Shown piece after piece: positions 38,147 to 46,467 of a DNA stretch of 64,000 nucleotides; the stretch's first letter is position 1, and each line of letters starts with the position of its first letter. The notes beneath the pieces were generated by a model. That model was given only the letters and a program-made list of their open reading frames with translations. It ran no database searches and was not told the origin of the DNA. Both the position numbers and the translations under genes were made by a program. Source of the stretch: Microbacterium sp. (lineage in GTDB: Bacteria; Actinomycetota; Actinomycetes; Actinomycetales; Microbacteriaceae); contig NZ_DATMFG010000054.1 of NCBI RefSeq assembly GCF_035556355.1, forward strand, positions 175,367-239,366. Reading direction: 5' to 3'.

Positions 38147-38704
38147 TCAGGCGTTCTTGCCGAAGCGGAACGCGCGGATGATGTTGAGCAGACCGAGCAC
38201 GATCAGCGCGATGCCCAGGATCAGCCACAGCACCGCGGCGCCCCACGCCGGCGAGAACAGCAGGATGATGCCGGCGATGATGCTGAGGATCGCGAAGAAG
38301 ATCGTCCAGGCCTTCGAGGCTGCGTCACCGAGCGTCGACAGCGCCACGATGCCCTCGACGATCCACATGATTCCGACGAGGATCCCGAGGAAGACCGCCA
38401 GCCACGCCGTCGTCGCACCGAGGTTGAACAGCGCCACGATGCCCGCGATGATGAACAGCACTCCGAGCATGATGTGCCCGATGCGCGCCCAGCCGCCCTT
38501 GTGCTTCGAGAAGATGCCGAGGCCCGCGTACACGAGCCCCGCCGCGATCGCGTAGATCGCGATGATCGCGGTCACGACCATCGCCGTCTTCGCCGGCCAC
38601 ACGAGGATGAGGATGCCGACGATGACGGCGAGCACGCCGCCGACGCCGAGAGCGGTGCGGATGCCGTTGACTGCCGTCCTGTCGGCTGCGGATGCGGTGG
38701 ACAT
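38147..38704 (-). CDS. HdeD/DUF308 membrane protein
   Basis: Six hydrophobic helices, GILILVWP..T, AILSIIAGIILLFSP. Confidence 0.85.
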   Translation of the reverse strand: MSTASAADRTAVNGIRTALGVGGVLAVIVGILILVWPAKTAMVVTAIIAIYAIAAGLVYAGLGIFSKHKGGWARIGHIMLGVLFIIAGIVALFNLGATTAWLAVFLGILVGIMWIVEGIVALSTLGDAASKAWTIFFAILSIIAGIILLFSPAWGAAVLWLILGIALIVLGLLNIIRAFRFGKNA

Positions 38705-38890
38705 ACAACGACCTCTTTTCTGGGAATTCCCTGAGAAGGTTGACCCGATCAGACTAGACCCGCGGCCGGGGGAGCGGGCAAGCGATGTCGCGTGTGTCGC
38801 GGCATCCGCAATGTGTCGCAATAACCCCTCGCGCGCACGTTCCCGGGGGCAGTACCGTGTGCCTGCAGGCACTCGAGCACGGAGGTGCGC

Positions 38891-39484
38891 ATGGCGGTGT
38901 TCTCTCGAGGATTCGGCGCGCGACGGCGTGAGAGCGATGAGCGGCTGCCGCCCGGGCAGTATCTGACCGAGGACTTCCCGGTGCTGTCGGCGGGCCCGAC
39001 GCCGCGCGTGGAGCCGGCCGAGTGGCGCTTCACGATACGGAACGAGAACGGCGACGCGACGTCGTGGACATGGGACGAGTTCATGGCGCTCCCGATCGAA
39101 GAGATCACGACCGACATCCACTGCGTGACGCGTTGGTCGAAGCTCGGCACCCACTGGCGCGGTGTATCGATCGACACGCTCTTCGAAGGCGTCGAGACGG
39201 ATGCCGGGTACGCGATGGCCCATTCGTACGGCGGCTACACGACGAACGTGCCGATGGAGGACCTCCTCGACGGCAAGTCGTGGGTCGTGTTCGAGTTCGA
39301 GGGCGAGCCGCTCGATCCCGAGCACGGCGGCCCCGCACGGCTCATCGTGCCGCACCTGTACTTCTGGAAGAGCGCCAAGTGGGTGCGGGGCCTCACGCTC
39401 ATGGATGAGGACGCCCCCGGGTTCTGGGAGCAGAACGGCTACAACATGCACGGCGATCCGTGGACGGAGGAGCGGTACTGGTGA
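38891..39484 (+). CDS. Sulfite oxidase-family molybdopterin oxidoreductase (YuiH-like, cytoplasmic)
   Basis: RLPPGQ, DIHCVTRWSK (Moco cysteine), HGGPARL..YFWKSAKW; no signal peptide. Confidence 0.88.
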   Translation: MAVFSRGFGARRRESDERLPPGQYLTEDFPVLSAGPTPRVEPAEWRFTIRNENGDATSWTWDEFMALPIEEITTDIHCVTRWSKLGTHWRGVSIDTLFEGVETDAGYAMAHSYGGYTTNVPMEDLLDGKSWVVFEFEGEPLDPEHGGPARLIVPHLYFWKSAKWVRGLTLMDEDAPGFWEQNGYNMHGDPWTEERYW

Positions 39485-40206
39485 TCGTCGGCGACTGGCG
39501 TCCGGCCACGGTGTCCGAGGTCGCCGACGTCACCCCGACCGCGCGCGTGCTGCGCATCACGGTGCCCGGGTGGCCCGGCAGCGAGCCCGGACAGCACGTC
39601 GACGTGCGCCTCACGGCGGAGGACGGCTACCAGGCGGTGCGCTCGTACTCGCTCGGCTCCTACGGGGGCGGCGACACGATCGAGCTCGCGGTCGACGAGG
39701 TTCCCGACGGCGAGGTGTCGCCTTACCTCGTGCGAGACGTGCAGCCGGGCGACATGCTCGAGGTCAAAGGGCCGCTCGGCGGGTACTTCGTGTGGCGGCC
39801 CGGGGGAGTGAACCCCGTGCAGCTCATCGCGGGCGGGTCGGGGATCGTGCCGCTGGCCGCGATGGCGAAGGCGAGGGCGGATGCAGGCACCGGTCCGCCG
39901 TTCCGGCTGCTGTACTCCGTGCGCCGGCCGGAATCCGCGATATATCGCGATGAGCTCGAGCGGCTGGCAGGCGACGGGGGAGTGAACCTCACGTGGGTCT
40001 ACACGCGCGGCGGACCCCCGGGATGGACAGGCCGCGTCGGGCGCATCGACGACGAGGTCATCGCGTCGACCGTGTGGCCCGTGGATCAGATGCCGGACGT
40101 CTTCGTGTGCGGGCCGACGTCGTTCGTCGAGCAGGTCGCCGACGCGCTCGTGCGGCTCGGGCATCCGCCCGCGAAGATCCGGACCGAGCGCTTCGGAGGT
40201 GCATGA
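39481..40206 (+). CDS. FAD/NAD(P)H ferredoxin-reductase-like oxidoreductase
   Basis: GQHVDV, RSYSL, GEVS, AGGSGIVP, CGP, C-terminal ERF; GTGA overlap. Confidence 0.88.
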   Translation: MIVGDWRPATVSEVADVTPTARVLRITVPGWPGSEPGQHVDVRLTAEDGYQAVRSYSLGSYGGGDTIELAVDEVPDGEVSPYLVRDVQPGDMLEVKGPLGGYFVWRPGGVNPVQLIAGGSGIVPLAAMAKARADAGTGPPFRLLYSVRRPESAIYRDELERLAGDGGVNLTWVYTRGGPPGWTGRVGRIDDEVIASTVWPVDQMPDVFVCGPTSFVEQVADALVRLGHPPAKIRTERFGGA

Positions 40207-40475
40207 TGCGGGCCGAGAACGCGAGATCGGTCGTCGACGGCAACGCGATCGCCGGGCTGCTGGCCGAGCTCTTTACGCAGGATATGACGATGATGACGGG
40301 AACCTGCGGCGGATGCGGCGCTCAGGCGCCGTTCGCGCACAACGTCGTCGAGCTCGATGAGACGGCCGCGATCGTGCGGTGCCGCTCCTGCACGCACACG
40401 CTGTTCACCGTGCTGCGCGACGGGGAGACACTGCGGCTACGGATCGGCTCGCTCGTCGCGCTCGAGGCGCCGTGA
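40203..40475 (+). CDS. DUF6510-like small CxxC..CxxC protein
   Basis: DGNAIAG..CGGC..RCRSC; ATGA overlap with the reductase. Confidence 0.75.
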   Translation: MMRAENARSVVDGNAIAGLLAELFTQDMTMMTGTCGGCGAQAPFAHNVVELDETAAIVRCRSCTHTLFTVLRDGETLRLRIGSLVALEAP

Positions 40476-40524
40476 GCGGCGCATCCGCTGGATTCCGTCG
40501 GCGGTTCGTGACACCATCGCCAAC

Positions 40525-40971
40525 GTGACGAGCGACCCCGAGGCACTCCGGCGACTGCATGAGATCGCACTGCTGCGGCGTGTGCGCGACCGCATCGACC
40601 GCGAGTTCTCGCAGCCCCTCGATGTCGAGGCGCTTGCGCGCGGCGTGAACATGTCGGCCGGTCACCTGAGCCGCCGATTCCGCGCGACGTACGGCGAGTC
40701 GCCCTACTCGTACCTCATGACCCGACGCATCGAGCGTGCGATGGCGCTCCTGCGGCGCGGCGACCTCAGCGTGACCGAGGTGTGCTTCACGGTCGGGTGC
40801 TCGTCGCTCGGCACCTTCAGCACGCGCTTCACCGAACTCGTCGGCATGTCGCCGAGCGCGTACCGGCGGTGGGCCGCGGAGTCGCTCGACGGCGAGCTGC
40901 CCTCCTGTCACGCGAAGCAGGTCGTCAGGCCGATCAGGAATCGAGAAGCACGCGGGGTGCCCGCCGGTTAG
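40525..40971 (+). CDS. Stand-alone AraC-type HTH regulator
   Basis: RDRIDREFSQPLDVEALA..SAGHLSRRF..YLMTRRIERA..VTEVCFTVG..LGTFS; no N-terminal sensor domain. Confidence 0.88.
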   Translation: MTSDPEALRRLHEIALLRRVRDRIDREFSQPLDVEALARGVNMSAGHLSRRFRATYGESPYSYLMTRRIERAMALLRRGDLSVTEVCFTVGCSSLGTFSTRFTELVGMSPSAYRRWAAESLDGELPSCHAKQVVRPIRNREARGVPAG

Positions 40972-40980
40972 CGTGGCGGC

Positions 40981-41391
40981 ATGGACATCAAGATTCAGTA
41001 CGCGTTCCTGCCCCACACCGACGCAGACGCCGCCCTCGCGTTCTACCGCGACGCGCTGGGCTTCGAGGTGCGCAAGGACGTCGGCTACGAAGGCATGCGC
41101 TGGATCACCGTCGGACCGGTCGGGCAGCCCGAGACGTCGATCGTGCTGCATCCGCCGGCCGTCGACCCGGGCATAACAGAGGCCGAGCGTCAGACGATCC
41201 TCGAGCTCATCGCGAAGGGCAGCTACGCATCGGTGACGCTCTCGACCGACGACCTCGACGGGCTGTTCGAGACGCTGCAGGCGTCAGGCGCCGACGTATT
41301 GCAGGAGCCCACCGACCAACCGTACGGCGTGCGCGACTGCGCGTTCCGCGACCCCGCAGGAAACATCCTCCGCATCGACCAGCGAGTCTGA
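40981..41391 (+). CDS. VOC/glyoxalase/bleomycin-resistance family protein
   Basis: ALAFYRDALGFEV, WITV, EPTDQPYGVRDCAFRDPAGNILRI. Confidence 0.9.
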   Translation: MDIKIQYAFLPHTDADAALAFYRDALGFEVRKDVGYEGMRWITVGPVGQPETSIVLHPPAVDPGITEAERQTILELIAKGSYASVTLSTDDLDGLFETLQASGADVLQEPTDQPYGVRDCAFRDPAGNILRIDQRV

Positions 41392-41418
41392 CCGGCCCGC
41401 CTCACCAGCCCGCCTCGG

Positions 41419-41440
41419 TGTCGGCCGGGGTCGATAGGCT
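41419..41440 (+). promoter_or_regulatory. PafBC-type (RecA-NDp-like) DNA-damage promoter upstream of the UvrA-like gene
   Basis: TGTCGG-CCGGGGTCGA-TAGGCT: exact TGTCGG-N10-TAnnnT. Confidence 0.7.
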
Positions 41441-41476
41441 CGACCCCGCGCCGACGAGCTCAATGGATGGAGACCG

Positions 41477-43846
41477 ATGACCAGCGCCCCCGCGTCCGCC
41501 GCACCCCTCGCCGACAGCCACGAGCTGATCCGCGTGCGCGGTGCCCGCGAGAACAACCTCAAGAACGTCGACGTCGATCTGCCCAAGAGAAGACTGGCCG
41601 TCTTCACCGGCGTGTCGGGGTCGGGCAAGAGCTCGCTCGTGTTCGACACGATCGCCGCCGAGTCCCGGCGCCTCATCGACGAGACCTACAGTGCGTTCGT
41701 ACAGGGCTTCATGCCCTCGGTCCCGCGCCCCGACGTCGATGTGCTCGAGGGCCTCACGACGGCGATCATCGTCGACCAGGAGCGGCTGGGAGCCAACCCG
41801 CGGTCGACGGTCGGCACGGTGACCGACGCGAACGCGATGCTGCGCATCCTGTTCAGCAAGCTGGGGGAGCCGTACATCGGCGGGCCGACGGCGTTCTCGT
41901 TCAACATCCCGACGCAGAAGGCGAGCGGCGTGATGGTCGGACCGAACGGCGAGAAGAAGATCGTGAAGGAGGCGATCTATCTCGGCGGCATGTGCCCGCG
42001 CTGCGAGGGCCGCGGATCGGTGTCCGACATCGACCTCTCGCAGGTGATCGACGAGTCGAAGTCGCTCAACGAGGGCGCGATCATGGTGCCGGGTTACACG
42101 CCCGACGGCTGGATGGTGAAGGGCTTCTCCGAGTCGGGCTTCTATCCGGCTGACAAGCCGATCAAGGACTTCACCGAGAAGCAGCGCCACCTCTTCCTCT
42201 ACGGCGAGGTCACGAAGGTCAAGATCCAGGGGATCAACATGACCTACGAGGGCCTCATCCCGAAGATCACGAAGTCGATGCTCTCGAAGGACCTCGACGC
42301 ACTGCAGCCGCACATCCGCGCGTTCGTCGAGCGCGTCGCGACGTTCACGAAATGCCCCGAGTGCGACGGGACGCGCCTCACAGAGGGGGCGCGGTCGTCG
42401 AAGATCGACGGCGTCAGCATCGCCGACGCGTGCCGGATGCAGGTGACCGACCTCGCCGAGTGGGTGAAGGGCCTCGACCGCCCGGAGGCGGGGCCGCTCC
42501 TCGACGCACTGCGCGCGAACCTCGAGGCGTTCGTGACGCTCGGACTCGGCTATCTCAGCCTGGAGCGTCCGTCGGGAACGCTGTCCGGAGGAGAGGCGCA
42601 GCGCATCAAGATGCTGCGGCACCTCGGATCGTCGCTCACCGATGTCACCTACGTCTTCGACGAGCCGACGGTCGGGCTGCATCCGCACGACATCCAGCGA
42701 ATGAACGAGCTGCTGCTCCGCCTGCGCGACAAGGGCAACACCGTGCTCGTCGTCGAGCACAAGCCCGAGATGATCGCGATCGCCGACCACGTGGTGGATC
42801 TCGGTCCGGGCGCGGGTGCCGCCGGGGGAGAGATCTGCTACGAAGGCACCGTCGAGGGGCTCCGTGCGAGCGGCACGCTCACCGGGCGCCACCTCGACGA
42901 CAGGGCGTCGCTCAAGCCCGAGGTGCGCGCACCCAAGGGCAGCATCGAGATCAGGGGCGCGAACGACAACAACCTGCAGAACGTCGACGTCGACATCCCG
43001 CTCGGCGTGCTGACGGTCGTGACGGGCGTCGCCGGTTCGGGCAAGAGCTCGCTCATCCACGGTTCGGTCTCCAAGCGCGAGGGCGTCGTCGCGATCGACC
43101 AGAGCGCGATCCGCGGCTCGCGTCGCAGCAACCCGGCGACGTACACGGGCATGCTCGAGCCGATCCGCAAAGCGTTCGCCAAGGCCAACGGCGTCAAGCC
43201 TGCGCTGTTCAGCGCGAACTCCGAAGGAGCGTGCCCGACGTGCAAGGGCGCGGGGATCATCGTCACCGAGCTGGGCTTCATGGACACCGTCGAGACGCCG
43301 TGCGAGGACTGCGGCGGCAAGCGGTTCCAGGCGGCGGTGCTGGACTACAAGCTCGGCGGGAAAGACATCACCCAGGTGCTGGATCTGCCTGTGAGCGAAG
43401 CGCGGCGGTTCTTCGCCGAAGGCGAGGCGAAGATCCCTGCCGCCGTCGCGATCCTCAGCCGCCTCGAGGACGCGGGTCTCGGATACCTGACCCTCGGTCA
43501 GCCGCTGTCGACGCTGTCGGGCGGTGAGCGCCAGCGCATCAAGCTCGCGATCCAGATGGGCGAGTCGGGTGACGTGTACGTGCTCGACGAACCAACGACG
43601 GGTCTGCACCTCGCCGACGTCGAGAACATGCTCGCGCTGCTCGATCGGCTGGTGGACTCGGGCAAGTCCGTCATCGTGATCGAGCACCACCAGGCGGTCA
43701 TGGCGCACGCCGATTGGATCATCGACCTCGGGCCCGGCGCGGGTCATGACGGAGGACGCATCGTGTTCGAGGGAACGCCCGCCGAGCTCGTGAAGGCCAA
43801 GTCGACACTCACGGGCAAGCACCTGGCGGAGTACGTGAGCGCTTGA
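41477..43846 (+). CDS. Class II UvrA-like ATPase (DrrC/Ecm16-type), not canonical UvrA
   Basis: Two ABC cassettes (GVSGSGKSS, LSGGE, DEPT; GVAGSGKSS, LSGGE, DEPTTGLH), Zn clusters CPRC..CPEC and CPTC..CEDC; 789 aa, shorter than canonical UvrA. Confidence 0.85.
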   Translation: MTSAPASAAPLADSHELIRVRGARENNLKNVDVDLPKRRLAVFTGVSGSGKSSLVFDTIAAESRRLIDETYSAFVQGFMPSVPRPDVDVLEGLTTAIIVDQERLGANPRSTVGTVTDANAMLRILFSKLGEPYIGGPTAFSFNIPTQKASGVMVGPNGEKKIVKEAIYLGGMCPRCEGRGSVSDIDLSQVIDESKSLNEGAIMVPGYTPDGWMVKGFSESGFYPADKPIKDFTEKQRHLFLYGEVTKVKIQGINMTYEGLIPKITKSMLSKDLDALQPHIRAFVERVATFTKCPECDGTRLTEGARSSKIDGVSIADACRMQVTDLAEWVKGLDRPEAGPLLDALRANLEAFVTLGLGYLSLERPSGTLSGGEAQRIKMLRHLGSSLTDVTYVFDEPTVGLHPHDIQRMNELLLRLRDKGNTVLVVEHKPEMIAIADHVVDLGPGAGAAGGEICYEGTVEGLRASGTLTGRHLDDRASLKPEVRAPKGSIEIRGANDNNLQNVDVDIPLGVLTVVTGVAGSGKSSLIHGSVSKREGVVAIDQSAIRGSRRSNPATYTGMLEPIRKAFAKANGVKPALFSANSEGACPTCKGAGIIVTELGFMDTVETPCEDCGGKRFQAAVLDYKLGGKDITQVLDLPVSEARRFFAEGEAKIPAAVAILSRLEDAGLGYLTLGQPLSTLSGGERQRIKLAIQMGESGDVYVLDEPTTGLHLADVENMLALLDRLVDSGKSVIVIEHHQAVMAHADWIIDLGPGAGHDGGRIVFEGTPAELVKAKSTLTGKHLAEYVSA

Positions 43847-44385
43847 GCGTCGCTGATCCGGATGCGCCTGCGCCGCGGCGCATCCTGCTGTACGGCGCCA
43901 CAGGATCGGGAAAGACGACCGCTGCACAGCGGATCGCAGAGCGCCTCGGTGTACCGGTGATCCTCGCAGACGAGATCGGATGGCTTCCGAATTGGATGCA
44001 ACGTCCGCCGGAGGAGCAGATCGAACTGATCGAGCACGCCATCGCGGGCGGTGAGTGGGTTCTCGACAGTGCGTACAGCGCGTGGCAGCACGTCGTGCTC
44101 CCGCACGTCGATCTGATCGTCGCACTCGACTATCCGCGCTGGTTCTCGCTCCAGCGCCTCGTACGGCGAACCGTCCGGCGTGTTGTCTCGCGTGAGGAGC
44201 TGTTCGCCGGCAATCGGGAGTCCTGGCGCTTGATGCTGTCGCGCGACTCGATCATCGTGTGGCATTTCCGGTCATGGCGCGACAAACGACAGACGATGCG
44301 CGCATGGGCCGCCGATCCGGATGCGCCACCGGTGTTGCTCGTCCGGCGCGCTCGTGACATGGAGAAGTGGATCGCTTCGCTGTGA
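43843..44385 (+). CDS. Adenylate-kinase/FlaR-like P-loop kinase
   Basis: ILLYGATGSGKTT, WVLDSAY, LDYPRW..RLVRRT; TTG start overlapping the UvrA-like stop (TTGA). Confidence 0.78.
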   Translation: MSVADPDAPAPRRILLYGATGSGKTTAAQRIAERLGVPVILADEIGWLPNWMQRPPEEQIELIEHAIAGGEWVLDSAYSAWQHVVLPHVDLIVALDYPRWFSLQRLVRRTVRRVVSREELFAGNRESWRLMLSRDSIIVWHFRSWRDKRQTMRAWAADPDAPPVLLVRRARDMEKWIASL

Positions 44386-44440
44386 CGGTGTTCTGGAGCG
44401 TCGAGACCGGGGGTTTCCGGCAGAGCGGCTGAATCAACCC

Positions 44441-44468
44441 TTCGCCGATAATGCACATTATGTCAGTT
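44441..44468 (+). other. dif: dif site (XerCD chromosome-dimer resolution site)
   Basis: TTCGCCGATAA-TGCACA-TTATGTCAGTT: 11-6-11 layout with inner ATAA/TTAT inverted repeat and the conserved TTATGT XerD arm; intergenic; majority gene strand flips across it. Confidence 0.85.
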
Positions 44469-44549
44469 CACTTCTAATGCATCCCTGGTTCCTCGATCGG
44501 GCGGTCCTCCCCTGGCGGTCGAAGAGGTCGCGGCGCTTAGGATCGCCCC

Positions 44550-44915
44550 ATGAGCGACGACGTCCGGAACATCGACGAGGCACTGTCCCGCATCACCGCC
44601 TACTGGCAGCCCCACCGCCTCACGAGCATCAACGACTACGACGTGAAGGTCGTCAAGCTGCACGGAGAGTTCGTGTGGCACGACCACCCCGAAACGGATG
44701 AGCTCTTCATGGTTCTGAGCGGCGAGCTCACCATCCAACTGCGCGATCGCGATGTCGTGCTCGGCCCGAACGACGTCTTCGTGGTTCCCCGCGGCGTCGA
44801 GCACTGTCCGAAGGCCGACAACGAGGTTCACGCGCTGCTGTTCGAGCCCCAAGGCACCGTGAACACAGGTTCAGCGGGCGGCGAGATGACCTCTCCCCTG
44901 CGCGAACTGACCTGA
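44550..44915 (+). CDS. Cupin domain protein
   Basis: WHDHPETDELF..GEL..VVPRGVEHCP cupin motifs. Confidence 0.9.
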   Translation: MSDDVRNIDEALSRITAYWQPHRLTSINDYDVKVVKLHGEFVWHDHPETDELFMVLSGELTIQLRDRDVVLGPNDVFVVPRGVEHCPKADNEVHALLFEPQGTVNTGSAGGEMTSPLRELT

Positions 44916-44982
44916 CGGCTTCCGCTGGATCGTCGGCGATCTTCAGATCGACACGCCGGCCCGCAGAGGTTCTCACACGTGC

Positions 44983-45017
44983 GAGAAGGCAGCTCCCTCG
45001 TCGGAAGCTGCCTTCTC
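44983..45017. terminator. Hairpin between convergent genes
   Basis: GAGAAGGCAGCT-N11-AGCTGCCTTCTC. Confidence 0.65.
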
Positions 45018-45059
45018 CTGCGGCCGCACGCGGCCGGCAGTCTGTGGTCGACCGGGCGC

Positions 45060-45323
45060 TTACACGTACGGGTCGTCGTCGGTGGTCGCCGTGCTCTGGC
45101 GTGTGACCCGCTCGTTCGCGGCGGGATCGACAGCGGTGCGCGTGACCGTGTCGGAACGCCGGCGACGCATGAGGAGCACCAGCCCCACAATGAAGACGAC
45201 GAGTCCGGCACCCATAAGGATGTAGCCGATCAGATCGATGTTCACCCACTCCGTCTCGACGTTGACGGCGAACGTGAGGATGGCGCCGATGGCGAACAGC
45301 GCGATTCCGGCTCCGATGCTCAT
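45060..45323 (-). CDS. Small two-TM membrane protein (DUF6458-like)
   Basis: MSIGAGIALFAIGAILTFAVN..DLIGYILMGAG; AAAGGA RBS. Confidence 0.8.
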   Translation of the reverse strand: MSIGAGIALFAIGAILTFAVNVETEWVNIDLIGYILMGAGLVVFIVGLVLLMRRRRSDTVTRTAVDPAANERVTRQSTATTDDDPYV

Positions 45324-45534
45324 GCGAGTTCCTTTCCGGGGTCCGGGGTCACCCCTCCCCTGCTGTGGGCCGCTTCGGCCCGCAATCCACGATTCCGGGT
45401 CGCCGTCAAACGACCCAAGGGGTTGACAAATCCCGGATGCCTCGGATTCCGGTATCGCTCGGTGTTCGGAACTCCCCGGACGCGGGGCTCCCATGGACGT
45501 GAATAGGGTGTGAGAAGACCTGGAAGGAGACCGC

Positions 45535-46467
45535 GTGCCCACCACTCCCCTCTCCGTCTCAGAGGAGGTGCGCGATGCGATCGACCGCGGCGCGCCTGTG
45601 CTCGCCCTCGAGTCGACGATCTTCACTCACGGGCTGCCGCGTCCGCGCAACATCGAGGTCGCTCGCGACGCGGAGCAGCTCGTGCGGTCGCTCGGTGTCG
45701 TGCCGGCCACGATCGGCGTCATCGAAGGTCGCCCGACGGTGGGCCTCTCCCCCGACGAGATCGAGCGGCTCGCGACCGCAGAAGGTGTCGTCAAGGCGAG
45801 CCTGCGAGACCTCCCACTTGCGATGGCCAAGGGGCTGAGCGCCGGCACGACGGTCGCCGCGACCGCATTTCTGGCTGATCGCACCGGAATTCGAGTGTTC
45901 TCGACGGGCGGGCTCGGCGGCGTGCACCGCGGTGCGCAGCAGACGTTCGACGAGTCGGCCGACCTGCCGACGCTCGCCGCACTCCCCCTCGTGCTTGTGA
46001 GCGCCGGCGTGAAGTCGATCCTCGACATTCCGCTCACGCTCGAGCGACTCGAGACTCTGAGCCTCGCGGTGGTCGGCTACCGCACGACCGACTATCCCGG
46101 CTTCTACATCTCGGATTCCGGGTATGACCTGGACTTCTCCGTCGACTCCCCCGAAGAGATCGCGCGCGTCGTCGACGCGCGCGACGGTCTCGGCATCCGT
46201 TCCGCCCTCCTCGTGGCGAACCCTGTCGGGGCAGAGCGGGAACTTCCGCGCGAGCTGCACGACGACGTGCTCGCGCGTGCGCTCGACGAAGCGCACCGGC
46301 TCGGCGTGACCGGTCACGACACGACGCCGTTCCTGTTGGACTTCCTGCAGCGTGAGACGGGCGGGCGCAGCCTCGACGTCAATGTGGACGTCTACCGCGG
46401 CAACGTCGCGCTCGGCGCGCGCATCGCGGCCGCCCTCGCCACCAGTCCCCTCTCCCCCGCCGTCTGA
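45535..46467 (+). CDS. psuG: Pseudouridine-5'-phosphate glycosidase
   Basis: ALESTIFTHG, TTVAAT, TGGLGGVHRG, DESADL, GVKSILD. Confidence 0.92.
   Translation: MPTTPLSVSEEVRDAIDRGAPVLALESTIFTHGLPRPRNIEVARDAEQLVRSLGVVPATIGVIEGRPTVGLSPDEIERLATAEGVVKASLRDLPLAMAKGLSAGTTVAATAFLADRTGIRVFSTGGLGGVHRGAQQTFDESADLPTLAALPLVLVSAGVKSILDIPLTLERLETLSLAVVGYRTTDYPGFYISDSGYDLDFSVDSPEEIARVVDARDGLGIRSALLVANPVGAERELPRELHDDVLARALDEAHRLGVTGHDTTPFLLDFLQRETGGRSLDVNVDVYRGNVALGARIAAALATSPLSPAV

Noticed and set aside
41477-43846. Calling this gene canonical uvrA
   Set aside because: Too short and in a VOC/AraC context; fits class II UvrA-like proteins
45324-45534. Possible riboswitch or ncRNA in the 210-bp gap upstream of psuG
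   Set aside because: Only short hairpins (GGGCCG-CTT-CGGCCC) and a lone TTGACA; no recognisable riboswitch consensus. An Rfam/Infernal search would be needed.
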